Positions 48,477-58,260 of a stretch of 64,000 nucleotides of DNA are shown piece after piece. The notes below the pieces were generated by a model. It saw nothing but the letters and a program-made list of their open reading frames with translations, made no database searches and was not told the DNA's origin. Every line of letters begins with the position of its first letter. Within the stretch, counting starts at the first letter, position 1. A program made the position numbers and the translations under genes. This DNA is from a phage: NCBI GenBank assembly GCA_012401045.1, contig GCA_012401045.1_4704.2. One strand, written 5' to 3'.

Positions 48477-49778
48477 TTAACTAATATAAAGTTCAGGATC
48501 GTAAGGCGCTAACGATACACTGGCGTTATGCATTGCTTTCATCATAGTGTTCATGAAAACGTTGTTTACACCGGTGATCTCTGCCCCGATCGCGTCTGGG
48601 GTTGGAGCCATCGCGTTACCGCAACAGGTAGCACAGTATTCCAATGGGCCTGCTTTACAACGTTGAGGATCGCGTAACTTGATGGTTTGTCCTTCCAAGG
48701 AAGCAAGTAATTCAGCATCAATAAGTTTAAGCGCCGCACCGTCGATCATGTAACGGCCGACAAGCAGCTTATCTTTGATATGATCGCGGTTTACCGTGAA
48801 CAGAATATGTTCGTGGGTACCGCAGTCGTCCATCGTGATTTTAAGGTTCTGTGTCGCACGTTGTGATTCTTTCGCCGTCTGTCCCGCTAAAGCGGTCAGT
48901 GCGCCACGTGAGAACGAACCTGCACGTGCACTGTTGTTGTACTCCGCCCAATGGTCGACACGCATCCCTTCAGCCAGGCTGTGTGTGATAACGTTACGTT
49001 TACCAGGGTCAACGAAGTCGGCTTCAACCCCCATCATGATGTGTGTTTTCTTTCGAGTATTACCGAAACTCTTGCCTGGGTTAATATAGAACCCTTCCGA
49101 TTCGTCGCCCTTAAAGGATTCTTTATCCATTTTGGTTAGCGTGGCTTCGAGTTTGATCAGTTCTTCAGGCGTGAACTTACCTTCCTCTTGTAAGCGTGCT
49201 AACTCTTTATCGCGATAGGCAATAATATCATCATCGACCGTTAACGCTTTATCACTCATTGATGGAACAATTAAACGGTTGATAGCGGTTAATGCGCTGA
49301 TATTGTTGGTGAATTTCTTCACTTCGCTTGCGTACAACGGACCAATTGGACGTTCGTTAGGATCGGGTATTCCCTCTTCAGGATCGTCCGCTACGCGTGG
49401 CGCAATCAGTGACTCCAGTGTACCGCTGGTCAACCGTCCTGCCTGGTATTCAATCTGAATACCGAAAGCATCATAAAGGACGTACATATTGAACAACGCT
49501 TCACCGAAGGTTGTGGTGGTTGTATTCTTAACCGACGGTAGATCACCAGGTGCAAGCTCCAATGACTCCCAGAAACTCAACAAGGGTTTTGTTGGCTCGG
49601 TTTCCCATTGGTGTTCTTCACCGTCGATGGTAACCGTAACGACGTTACCTTGACGACGTAATTTAGGCTGATACTTCTCAGCGCCGCCTTCCGTAAAAGC
49701 AAATGCGTCGTTAATCCATTCAAGATAACGGTAGTGCCCTTCACGCATCGCGTAAAGGAAATATTCACGAGGTGTCAT
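48477..49778 (-). CDS. multisubunit RNA polymerase beta-prime-like fragment (bridge helix region; 433 aa)
   Basis: AAGGAG RBS. EGMRVDHWAEYNNSARAGSFSRGALTALAGQTA resembles the beta-prime bridge helix ([27 protein letters not shown]); TMDDCGTHEH matches the DDCGTHEG segment that follows it in bacterial RpoC. No NADFDGD, so it is a fragment. Confidence 0.55.
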   Translation of the reverse strand: MTPREYFLYAMREGHYRYLEWINDAFAFTEGGAEKYQPKLRRQGNVVTVTIDGEEHQWETEPTKPLLSFWESLELAPGDLPSVKNTTTTTFGEALFNMYVLYDAFGIQIEYQAGRLTSGTLESLIAPRVADDPEEGIPDPNERPIGPLYASEVKKFTNNISALTAINRLIVPSMSDKALTVDDDIIAYRDKELARLQEEGKFTPEELIKLEATLTKMDKESFKGDESEGFYINPGKSFGNTRKKTHIMMGVEADFVDPGKRNVITHSLAEGMRVDHWAEYNNSARAGSFSRGALTALAGQTAKESQRATQNLKITMDDCGTHEHILFTVNRDHIKDKLLVGRYMIDGAALKLIDAELLASLEGQTIKLRDPQRCKAGPLEYCATCCGNAMAPTPDAIGAEITGVNNVFMNTMMKAMHNASVSLAPYDPELYIS

Positions 49779-49791
49779 GTAACAACTCCTT

Positions 49792-50664
49792 TTAAACCCG
49801 GGTCAGGTCACCGTGACGTGAAACGAACTCTGATAACGCTCGGGTTGCTTCTTTGGATTCTTCAGCCATCGGGAAGTTTGCGGTAATAAGTTCTCGTAAG
49901 ACAGGGACGAGTTCATTATCTTCGAGATCGGAAGCTAAGGCGAATGCAATCAGTTCTTGGGTGTATGCATACGGTTGCTGACGTAATGCAGTAAGCTGAT
50001 CCCGACACTGCGACATTAGCAGGTCCAGTGGAACCGCTATCGTACCCCCTTCATCAATATACTGGCTGAACACCGGTGGGAACGCATCGCTGATGACACG
50101 AATACGTCGACGAATATGATCCGGAATCTGGACGTTTTCTTCGTCGGCGACGTTTTCGCTATCTTTCTCCAGCTTCTTGGTCAGTACCTGCTGGATACGT
50201 GGGAGCAGGCTTGAATGCACAAAACTGATTAATGATGCTACGTCCACAGCATCGACACCGTAAATATAATGCGCGCATTCCGCTAGCGCTTCAGCTGCGG
50301 TGTAGTCTTCATCTTCAACGATAGCGAGTAGAAAAGCGGTATCGTCGTGTGTTTCCAGGTCTAATAACGTAGACGCTAGCGCATGAAGATATTTCAGGCT
50401 ATCCAGAGTTAGCTGCCCTTCGTTAATTCGGATCCCGAAGGCAAGCAATTGTTGTTTATAAAGTTCGATACATCCGTTTGTTAAAATGATGTCTAATTCG
50501 TTTAAATCGTATTGTTCCCCAGCACCTGACAACATCGTACTGCAGAACGTTTCCAGTTGTTCACATTTAAAATCTTGGTATAAACGATGCATGCAGTGCT
50601 GTAACAGCGTACGCCTTGTTTCAGGGATCTTACCTTCTAACAAAGCCAAGACGGAATCAATCAT
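49792..50664 (-). CDS. hypothetical protein (~290 aa)
   Basis: Track ORF starts at GTG (50670); ATG is codon 3 with GGAG RBS. Confidence 0.65.
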   Translation of the reverse strand: MIDSVLALLEGKIPETRRTLLQHCMHRLYQDFKCEQLETFCSTMLSGAGEQYDLNELDIILTNGCIELYKQQLLAFGIRINEGQLTLDSLKYLHALASTLLDLETHDDTAFLLAIVEDEDYTAAEALAECAHYIYGVDAVDVASLISFVHSSLLPRIQQVLTKKLEKDSENVADEENVQIPDHIRRRIRVISDAFPPVFSQYIDEGGTIAVPLDLLMSQCRDQLTALRQQPYAYTQELIAFALASDLEDNELVPVLRELITANFPMAEESKEATRALSEFVSRHGDLTRV

Positions 50665-50760
50665 ATCCACTCCGATGCGGTAAATGTCTACTAGCTCTCA
50701 TAATCTATTGAAGAAACTACCAGCTTACGCCAACTTAGATTAATCAGGAGTAACCATCCC

Positions 50761-51234
50761 ATGCCAGTTTCATCCAAACCAAGAAAAAAATCCGTAGGAA
50801 ACCCTAAAGCTCAGGAAACAACAGCAATTCGTTGGGACGAGTTACGTGAACCTATCGAAAACTGCGAATTGTTATTGGGTACCCTGGGTGCGGCTATTTA
50901 CCAAGCGACGCAACCCTGTCGTTTACGATTAACCCAAAACAAACGTGATGAGTTCGTTGCGTTATCAACAAGCACGAATAAAGATCTGACCGAACTTCAA
51001 ACCGAGTTGACGACGATCAAGAACTCCATTACGCCGATGTACGGTAAAGAAGTTGATGAACAAAGTATTCTGTTACAGTACAACTACGGGATGTCGTTAA
51101 TGAACATCCTGGAACGCGCATCCGATATTCTGCGTCCTGACGTTGCACGTCTAAGCCAACTGCGTGTCGAAGGGATGGAGAACCAGATCCGATTCGCTAA
51201 CAGTGTTAAATCTCAAGGAGCCACCGAAGCATGA
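50761..51234 (+). CDS. hypothetical protein (157 aa)
   Basis: AGGAG RBS; stop overlaps next start (ATGA). Confidence 0.65.
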   Translation: MPVSSKPRKKSVGNPKAQETTAIRWDELREPIENCELLLGTLGAAIYQATQPCRLRLTQNKRDEFVALSTSTNKDLTELQTELTTIKNSITPMYGKEVDEQSILLQYNYGMSLMNILERASDILRPDVARLSQLRVEGMENQIRFANSVKSQGATEA

Positions 51235-52916
51235 GCGAACAAGAAAAAGAAGTCGTGACGAATCAGGAAGCCGTTGAGCGTTCAGAGTCGTCCGTTGAAA
51301 CTACGATTCCGGCAAGTTCCGAGCCGGTTGGTTCCGCACAGCAGGAAAGTAAAGACGAAGTCAGCACGACTAAAGAAGATGTAGTGGCTCCAGAAGCAAC
51401 CCGTGAAGAAGAACCATCACATCCACCACTAATCGATTTCTCGAAGGCGACGATACGTTTCCAATGCGAAGACATTCGTCCTAAGAGCCCGAAGAAAACA
51501 AAACGCCAGCCGTTGGTGTTACCGCTGTATTCTCCACGTGTGCAGACAACGTATTACCGGGAATACATCAACGAAGCAATGGATACCGTGCAAGCCATTG
51601 TCGCTCAACGCGGTAAACCGACAGACGAACAATTTGATAAATTCAGTAAAGCGGTGGTGCAATCGGTTGCTGATGGACAATATCATCCGCGTGGCCCAGC
51701 TCACGATCGCGCCTTGGAACGTAAGGGCAGTCAGTGGACTAACGTACCCGTAGACTCATCGGGTGTTGGTCGCGTTATTCCTGGCATTCCACAACCGAAC
51801 CATATCCCTGATGATGTCGAAGCGCCGCTGACAGGAACCGATGCGATCTATTTTGCAATCCGCAATACGAAATCAGGTGCGCCTGCGGTAATGCCGTTAT
51901 GGCATAGCGGTATTAAGCTGCAGTTCAATCCGCCGTCAAATGAACGTGTTGCAATTATGCACGAACGTATTGCACGCGATAAAATCCTGGGTGGACGTGA
52001 TAGCACCGGTTTCCTGTTTTCGGCAACCTCGATTATCACCATGAAGCACGCAATCGAATTAGCGTTAGAATGCTGTTACATGGCCAACGTACCGAACCTG
52101 GATATCCAGCGTTTGAAAGACATTATCCCGGTTACCGATGTTCCGGCATTGTTGTTGAACGTGCTGGTAACCATGTATCCGTACGGATATCCTTACGTAC
52201 AGACCTGCTATCAGAATCCAGAAACCTGCGACTATCGTGTTGAAGATACCGTAAGCTTTGCGAAACTCTATCAAGTTGACAACAGCGCAATAACCAAACG
52301 TATGCGACAGATCATGACCGAAGGTCCGGTCATGACGGATGAACTTTTGCGTGAGTATGCAAACGAACTGGGTGAAACAAACTCCCGTACGCTGGATCTG
52401 TCCGACAACGGTTCTGTTATCATTGAACTTGAAGTACCGAAGATCTCACGACAAATAGCCATGGGCGAACGCTGGTTAAGCGATACCCTGGAAGATCTGC
52501 GTGATATTCTATCGCGTCCGTCAATGACCGAAGAAGAGCGTGATCGTGTTATTCGTGAACGTCAGTTTTATAGCTGGATGCGTCAGTATGATGCGTGGAT
52601 CAAATCGATGCACGTGTCAGTAAACGGTACCATGCGTCGTGTAAGCGATGCAGATACGGCAACGGTATTAGCACAGCTGTCACGAGACAGCGACCTTCGT
52701 GAACGTTATATTGACGGGTTGATGCAATTCATCGGTGATTCGACGATTGCGCTCGCAGCGATGCCTGCCTGGAAATGTCCGAAATGTAATGCCGATATTG
52801 CTGACAATCTGCGTGACCAGAAATACTACGATCTGATTGCTTTGGATGTACCCCAGCTTTTTTTTACCCTAAACTCCGTCCAATCTCTTCAGGAGGGGAT
52901 GGACGCGGTATTCTAA
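51231..52916 (+). CDS. hypothetical protein (561 aa); possible -1 frameshift extension into the next ORF
   Basis: AAGGAG RBS. A T8 run at ~52858-52865 sits near the 3' end; the downstream ORF frame is open from 52817. Confidence 0.7.
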   Translation: MSEQEKEVVTNQEAVERSESSVETTIPASSEPVGSAQQESKDEVSTTKEDVVAPEATREEEPSHPPLIDFSKATIRFQCEDIRPKSPKKTKRQPLVLPLYSPRVQTTYYREYINEAMDTVQAIVAQRGKPTDEQFDKFSKAVVQSVADGQYHPRGPAHDRALERKGSQWTNVPVDSSGVGRVIPGIPQPNHIPDDVEAPLTGTDAIYFAIRNTKSGAPAVMPLWHSGIKLQFNPPSNERVAIMHERIARDKILGGRDSTGFLFSATSIITMKHAIELALECCYMANVPNLDIQRLKDIIPVTDVPALLLNVLVTMYPYGYPYVQTCYQNPETCDYRVEDTVSFAKLYQVDNSAITKRMRQIMTEGPVMTDELLREYANELGETNSRTLDLSDNGSVIIELEVPKISRQIAMGERWLSDTLEDLRDILSRPSMTEEERDRVIRERQFYSWMRQYDAWIKSMHVSVNGTMRRVSDADTATVLAQLSRDSDLRERYIDGLMQFIGDSTIALAAMPAWKCPKCNADIADNLRDQKYYDLIALDVPQLFFTLNSVQSLQEGMDAVF

Positions 52917-53008
52917 TCGATCCGCGATACGGGTTACATGACGGACAACTTGTTCGTAATGATGAAAAAATCTGGGAACTGCTGTTAGCGCGTAAAGGCG
53001 ACGGCGGC

Positions 53009-53338
53009 ATGAAGCTGAACATCGAAATGGGTATTGCGTACGATACCATGTTTGGCTTGTACGATCGTGTTAACGAATGGACGCCGTTGAAATGGGTTGC
53101 TCAGCATCCCGCTGAAGATCCCTGGGACAGATTGGGGATTAAACCCTTAATCGAAGATTATGTCCGATTCGGTATTAAAGAGTTCATGACGCTGGATGCG
53201 TTTTTAAAAGCACCGTATCCTTACGCGCAAACGGTACTCAAAATCGCACAAGACGAACTGCGGAAACGTAGTGCGGTACTGGACGACGATGAGGACAAGT
53301 TACGACGAGAAGAAGAACGTTTACGAAACGGAAAATAA
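53009..53338 (+). CDS. hypothetical protein (109 aa) or 3' portion of a frameshift product
   Basis: ATG at 53009 has a weak RBS; its frame is open for ~190 nt upstream, overlapping the end of the 561-aa ORF. Confidence 0.5.
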   Translation: MKLNIEMGIAYDTMFGLYDRVNEWTPLKWVAQHPAEDPWDRLGIKPLIEDYVRFGIKEFMTLDAFLKAPYPYAQTVLKIAQDELRKRSAVLDDDEDKLRREEERLRNGK

Positions 53339-53339
53339 A

Positions 53340-53849
53340 ATGGCAAGATTTACCAGTTTGATTGGATTGGATATTTGGGAAACACCGGCTGACGTTCGGG
53401 TTATTCCTGTTAACACCGTCGGTGTGATGGGACGTGGTCTTGCCAAACAGGCAGCCGATCGTGTGCCCGGTCTTCTTGAAGCGTACCGTAAGCAATGTCA
53501 AGATGGGTTTAAGGTGGGCGAAGTCGTATCGTATCAGCAAGGCGAGAACGATCAGCTCACTTACGTGTTGTTTCCATCAAAATCGGATTGGCGTGAAAGA
53601 ACACGACGCGAGTATATCGTTAACGGTTTACTGGCGTTAAAAGCATGGTTACTGGAGCTTCAGTTCGAAAGAGACGGCTTCTCATATCGGCGTCCGGCTG
53701 AACCGCTGATCGTTGCAATTCCTCCGGTCGGTTCTGGTTGCGGTAATATCGGTTACGGACAATCCGAAACAATCCAGCCTCAATGGGTACGCGCACAAAT
53801 CAAACAGTATCTTGCCACCGTACCAAACGTTCATTTCTACTTGTTCTAA
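53340..53849 (+). CDS. macro-domain-like protein (ADP-ribose binding/processing; ~169 aa)
   Basis: Track ORF 53271..53849; ATG at 53340 directly follows upstream stop. VIPVNTVGVMGRGLAKQAA resembles the macro-domain glycine-rich loop; IPPVGSGCGNIGY resembles its second loop. Confidence 0.5.
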   Translation: MARFTSLIGLDIWETPADVRVIPVNTVGVMGRGLAKQAADRVPGLLEAYRKQCQDGFKVGEVVSYQQGENDQLTYVLFPSKSDWRERTRREYIVNGLLALKAWLLELQFERDGFSYRRPAEPLIVAIPPVGSGCGNIGYGQSETIQPQWVRAQIKQYLATVPNVHFYLF

Positions 53850-53859
53850 TGCAAAGGTA

Positions 53860-53905
53860 ACATAACCCTCCTCCAACCCGTAAGGGAAGGAGGAGGGCTT
53901 ATGCT
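53860..53905. terminator. bidirectional hairpin (CCCTCCTCC aacccgtaaggg AAGGAGGAGGG) between convergent genes
   Basis: Between stop of macro-domain gene (+) and stop of 53907..54281 (-). Confidence 0.6.
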
Positions 53906-53906
53906 G

Positions 53907-54281
53907 TTAATGTTCGTTCCAGATGGCATCTTCCGGTGGAACAATAGGATCTTTCTTCGGCATTGACGGTACTTCATGACGATGCTTACGGAATTGCCTA
54001 TCGATAACCTCACGAAGCCGGTACGCATCAACCCATGTTGATTTATTGAACAGCTCCAATGTCACAGTTAATCGTGTTCTTGACATTGAATAGCTTTTCT
54101 TTGCAATCAAATTGGGATAATTCAGTTGAGCGAACCACGCACGTATTTGTGCTTCGGTAAAAGCGATGCTGTAATAACTAAGTTTACCGTCATTAAAATC
54201 GTGCGCGTGGGTGTAACGTCCAGCGTAACGCCAGACAAGATGCACATTCAGATCGATCCATGGTGGGGTGGTATCAGCCAT
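53907..54281 (-). CDS. hypothetical protein (124 aa)
   Basis: GAGGG RBS; hairpin terminator after stop. Confidence 0.6.
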   Translation of the reverse strand: MADTTPPWIDLNVHLVWRYAGRYTHAHDFNDGKLSYYSIAFTEAQIRAWFAQLNYPNLIAKKSYSMSRTRLTVTLELFNKSTWVDAYRLREVIDRQFRKHRHEVPSMPKKDPIVPPEDAIWNEH

Positions 54282-54290
54282 GTGTTACCC

Positions 54291-54860
54291 TCAACGATTC
54301 TTCATCACTTTACCCAGGCTTTCGATATTATCCCAAAAGCGATTTTTACTTGGCGCATCGCCGACGATAACCGACATCAAATCACGACGTTCGCGACTGA
54401 TGATGCCTTGTGATTTCCAGATCACCATCGTCCAGCAAGCGGCCAGAACGAACAGATGGTTAATGCTCGGTTTGGTTTGCGCGATGAACGCAAGCCATGC
54501 CCAGATACCGGTGTATACTAGCGTCACTAAAAAGAGCGAGATTGTTGCAACGACAACAACGAAGTTTTGGACAGCGGGTTGATTAGCGTTATCATGAATA
54601 GCGGTAAGATCAGGAAGATTACCTTCAACTGAACTCGTTTCATCGATTTCCAATTCTTCGATTTCTTTTCGTGTGTCAGGAGCTAATCCAGCATCATCGA
54701 GATGCTTTTTTAACCGCTGTATGCTTAATCGTTGACCGACAGGAATGTTGATGTTGTCGTAACTATTAAGCGCATCAACCAGGGAGCGTCCATCAACGAG
54801 AACCAAGCTCGCGGTACCCATCGTTTGCGGTTTTATTTTGTAAAGGTCTTTTACTTTCAT
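54291..54860 (-). CDS. predicted integral membrane protein (189 aa; two TM helices)
   Basis: Hydrophobic segments VVVVATISLFLVTLVYTGIWAWLAFIA and LFVLAACWTMVIW; immediately downstream of tailspike gene. Confidence 0.6.
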   Translation of the reverse strand: MKVKDLYKIKPQTMGTASLVLVDGRSLVDALNSYDNINIPVGQRLSIQRLKKHLDDAGLAPDTRKEIEELEIDETSSVEGNLPDLTAIHDNANQPAVQNFVVVVATISLFLVTLVYTGIWAWLAFIAQTKPSINHLFVLAACWTMVIWKSQGIISRERRDLMSVIVGDAPSKNRFWDNIESLGKVMKNR

Positions 54861-54881
54861 GTAGACACCACCTCCAACGTG

Positions 54882-57494
54882 TTAAGCGTCCGGCGTAAAA
54901 TCAAAAGGAATGTCCGTACGAATGATACCATAACGTTTTCCGAGGAAATAAAACTCTTCGGGAACCTGACCGGGAATAATGCTATCACCGATGAACTGCG
55001 GATACGCCCAGATGTACTGAGTGAGTCCTTCGAACATATCCAGGTTATTTGCGTGGTTACCCATGATACGTTTCCAGAGTTCGCGTTTATACGGCGTTTT
55101 AACATCGAAACCATAAAGCGGTGCAAGATCTTCACCAGGAACAAATCCCAGGTAATAGTGAATCTGACTAACCGGGAAACCAAGCGTATCTCGCGGAATG
55201 GTGATCGCTTGCTCAGCTTTGGTGACATGCGTTTCAATAATCCAGTCGTAACACTCTGAATAGAACCGATCGAATTTCTCTGGATTATACCATGCTTTGG
55301 GAAGATTCAGTTTCTCCGTGAACGCATTCGACATGATCGTCGGTAAGAACGGAAGAACACCGGTTTTGATCTGCGTGTATTTCGATTTTACCCGGTTAAC
55401 CAAATTCCAGCAACTGTATCCTAACTGTTCGTTACAAAACTCAACGTAGAGATCGTAATCACCGCCGGATAATGGGTTGTTGATATCACCAATGTCTGCA
55501 GCGTATTTGTTGGGATATCGGTTATTGAAAGCCAGTTTGGTTTGGTAATCGTAGATACACGGTTTGTTGTTCGCTGTATTGATCCACCACCAGGGTTCAC
55601 CCACCTGTACACAAATGTCCTGGACATGAGGGTAAATAATATCGGCAAACGCGGTTAACACATCCCCTAACCACGCCATCGCCTGTTGGTTACATGGAGA
55701 CAGCAACCAGGACGGTGGTGTATATCCGGTTGCTGCGATGTTTCCTTCCCAATCCTGCTGCGCCCACTCGAACGGGCAGGCTGTACTCATCAATTCGTAA
55801 CTTAAACTGATGGTGACAGAGAAATGGTGTTTTGCAGCATATGCGGCGAAAGCTTCATGCCACGCGATACAGGGTGGATTTAATACATCCGTGGTGTTCA
55901 CCAGTAACTTACCCGCACTTGGCGTCCAGACAGTATCGTAGAAATGCGACATTCCAACATAATGCACTAATTCATCTTGATACCCCGCATAAACCAGGTT
56001 CTCAAATACACGCTCTGGCGTGATGTTGTAATGGTCATCGTAAGCGGTTATCGCACGAAGTTCGTGTGGTGTACAGTGGTGACGATTAACCGTCATTTCC
56101 TGATACACCCCATCGATAGGAAGAATCTCGAGGGTTAAACCGAGGTCGATTGGCGTTTCCAGATAGGTCGTTTCAGTCGCACCTTCCTTATAATGTCGAG
56201 AACTCATGCTGAACATCAACGATGCTACCGATTCGAGTTCGATAGGTTCGTCAGCATAGAACCCCGCCATTGCGTCATTGAAATCGATCGTTACGATTGC
56301 GCTTCTACCGTCTTCAGAGACATCGGTGGCGTATCGGGTTAATGAGATATACTGACGGCTATCGTCTTTGTGTACGACGGTTAAAACCGGCGGGTTTTCG
56401 GTATCTGCAAAGTTACGCTGATCGCCAGTAAACGTGATCTTCGCTTTAAAGATCAAACCGAATAACGACGTCATGGGATCATACGCAATACAACCGTGAT
56501 CCAGCGTATCCGTTGTCCGCCATTCTATCCCGACCAACCCGTTAGCGGTATGGCATCGCATATACGCATTAAGGACCATGTCTTCACTGACAACCGCGAA
56601 GTTCTCTGTTGACTGACCGTTGATAATCCAATACATCGGTTGCCAGAGGTTACGCGTACCTTTTGCGTAGCGGTAGGTTGGTGCGCCTTTAGGGTTGCCG
56701 TTATTGAGATGGAATACGGCAGTACCTTGATAATGGTCGTTCGTATTAATCGGAACACTGTAAGCGTCACCGAGGTCCGTACGTTCCACCTTCGTGACCG
56801 TTGCGTTTTCAAATAACCCACGCAACGCTGGTAAACCGATATCTTCAGGCGCGTTTTCTCGACGAATCGCATCCGCGATGCGATGGGCTAAGGCGGGGTA
56901 AATAGCTTCACCCTGTTGTAGGTTTGCAAGACCTACAAAGCGATCAGGGTCGATACCAGCAATCAATAACTCAACATCACCCTTCGTTCTATCGTCGTTA
57001 AGATATTTCAGTCCGGTAAGGTCAAGATGCTGAATAAGCGACAACAGGTTGTATTTACGGTTTTCAACAGTTAGTACAAGATCGCCTGCCCAAACCAAAC
57101 TTCCCTCATCCGCTGTTACTTTAACGGATTGTCGGCCTGTGGTAGACGTTGTTGTCGTTTTATTTAATTGTCCTTGTAGGAAGTCGGTTGCGAGGTCAAA
57201 GGCAATACCGTAACGGTCAGCGACCGCTTGCATGATTTCACGTAACTGGGTATCTTCTTCAATGATAATCTTGACAGGTATTCCCAAGAACGCTTTAGCA
57301 AGGTCTCGTTTAACCAACGAGACGAATACGGATTTGTAGTATCGGCTTCCATCTTTCCCTTTAAAAAGAATGGAGGTTGTTTCGGGTGCCGATAGAACAC
57401 GTGCAAATACAACATCGTCGGAAGTAAGAGAAAGTCCGTTTTTCTCGTTGACCAATCTTAGTATTTCATTTTGCGCGGTTTCATGTAACTTCAT
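54882..57494 (-). CDS. putative tailspike/receptor-binding protein (870 aa) with N-terminal anchor domain
   Basis: N-terminal ~170 aa homologous to 63370..63897 (RDLAKAFLGIPVKII block); Trp-rich C-terminal region (GEPWWW); lies in tail fibre module. Confidence 0.55.
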   Translation of the reverse strand: MKLHETAQNEILRLVNEKNGLSLTSDDVVFARVLSAPETTSILFKGKDGSRYYKSVFVSLVKRDLAKAFLGIPVKIIIEEDTQLREIMQAVADRYGIAFDLATDFLQGQLNKTTTTSTTGRQSVKVTADEGSLVWAGDLVLTVENRKYNLLSLIQHLDLTGLKYLNDDRTKGDVELLIAGIDPDRFVGLANLQQGEAIYPALAHRIADAIRRENAPEDIGLPALRGLFENATVTKVERTDLGDAYSVPINTNDHYQGTAVFHLNNGNPKGAPTYRYAKGTRNLWQPMYWIINGQSTENFAVVSEDMVLNAYMRCHTANGLVGIEWRTTDTLDHGCIAYDPMTSLFGLIFKAKITFTGDQRNFADTENPPVLTVVHKDDSRQYISLTRYATDVSEDGRSAIVTIDFNDAMAGFYADEPIELESVASLMFSMSSRHYKEGATETTYLETPIDLGLTLEILPIDGVYQEMTVNRHHCTPHELRAITAYDDHYNITPERVFENLVYAGYQDELVHYVGMSHFYDTVWTPSAGKLLVNTTDVLNPPCIAWHEAFAAYAAKHHFSVTISLSYELMSTACPFEWAQQDWEGNIAATGYTPPSWLLSPCNQQAMAWLGDVLTAFADIIYPHVQDICVQVGEPWWWINTANNKPCIYDYQTKLAFNNRYPNKYAADIGDINNPLSGGDYDLYVEFCNEQLGYSCWNLVNRVKSKYTQIKTGVLPFLPTIMSNAFTEKLNLPKAWYNPEKFDRFYSECYDWIIETHVTKAEQAITIPRDTLGFPVSQIHYYLGFVPGEDLAPLYGFDVKTPYKRELWKRIMGNHANNLDMFEGLTQYIWAYPQFIGDSIIPGQVPEEFYFLGKRYGIIRTDIPFDFTPDA

Positions 57495-57516
57495 TAAAAA
57501 CCTCAGCCCTTTAGAA

Positions 57517-58158
57517 TTAAATGTACTGCTTACCGCCCACGAAGGAAGTTAACCAGTTCCCGCTGACGAGTTGTGATACCCAGCCTGGAACGGCTCTACC
57601 ATTCTGGCTCATGATGTTACCACACCAACCAGGGAATCCGGGACGGATGTAATAGAAAGTTAAATTGTAGAGATGGCAATTCCATACCGCAACGTTATGT
57701 TTACCAGAAACCGCTTTAAAGACAAACGCGACAGGTAACGGAGACGATAACAATTCGGTCACAGGGACGGCTGACCAGTTCGCATTCGCGTTCCATGGTT
57801 GCCAGGTATGGCTGCGCGAGTCGCAATATACGTTACCGTTGTTACCGCGCCCACCCGCATTCCACCACAGCGACGGACTCATGTTCTTAAGTGAGGTAAA
57901 TTGCTGCGGTGGAATATTCGGAATGATAACAGGGTTGGTGCCTTGTCCATGTTTCTTTTCTTTTGCGTTCACATAGCCGTTTATCGATTCGAGGTATTTG
58001 GTACCAGGATAATTGTTCTGGACTTGTGTCGCAATATCACGAACGTCGAACGTCCAGCAGATCATGGTGTTGTAGTAAGCATCGGTGTTGTCGTACCATG
58101 CGTTACCATCTTGTAAACGTGCACCACTATTCGGTGTTTTATCTGTGCTTATAGCCAT
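57517..58158 (-). CDS. hypothetical protein (213 aa), paralog of 58261..58917; fibre-module accessory protein
   Basis: Shares PGFPGW[AC]GN[IV]MSQNGRAVPGW[AV]SQLVSGNWLTSFVGGK C-terminus and HGQ...VPNIP block with neighbour. Confidence 0.65.
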   Translation of the reverse strand: MAISTDKTPNSGARLQDGNAWYDNTDAYYNTMICWTFDVRDIATQVQNNYPGTKYLESINGYVNAKEKKHGQGTNPVIIPNIPPQQFTSLKNMSPSLWWNAGGRGNNGNVYCDSRSHTWQPWNANANWSAVPVTELLSSPLPVAFVFKAVSGKHNVAVWNCHLYNLTFYYIRPGFPGWCGNIMSQNGRAVPGWVSQLVSGNWLTSFVGGKQYI

Positions 58159-58260
58159 GGTGTTGTCCTATACGTTGGTGGTTGAGGTGGCGGATATCGG
58201 ATGCGTGTTGTCGTCAGGTAATACATACAGAAACGCCCACTGATAAAACAGCAGCTTCTT

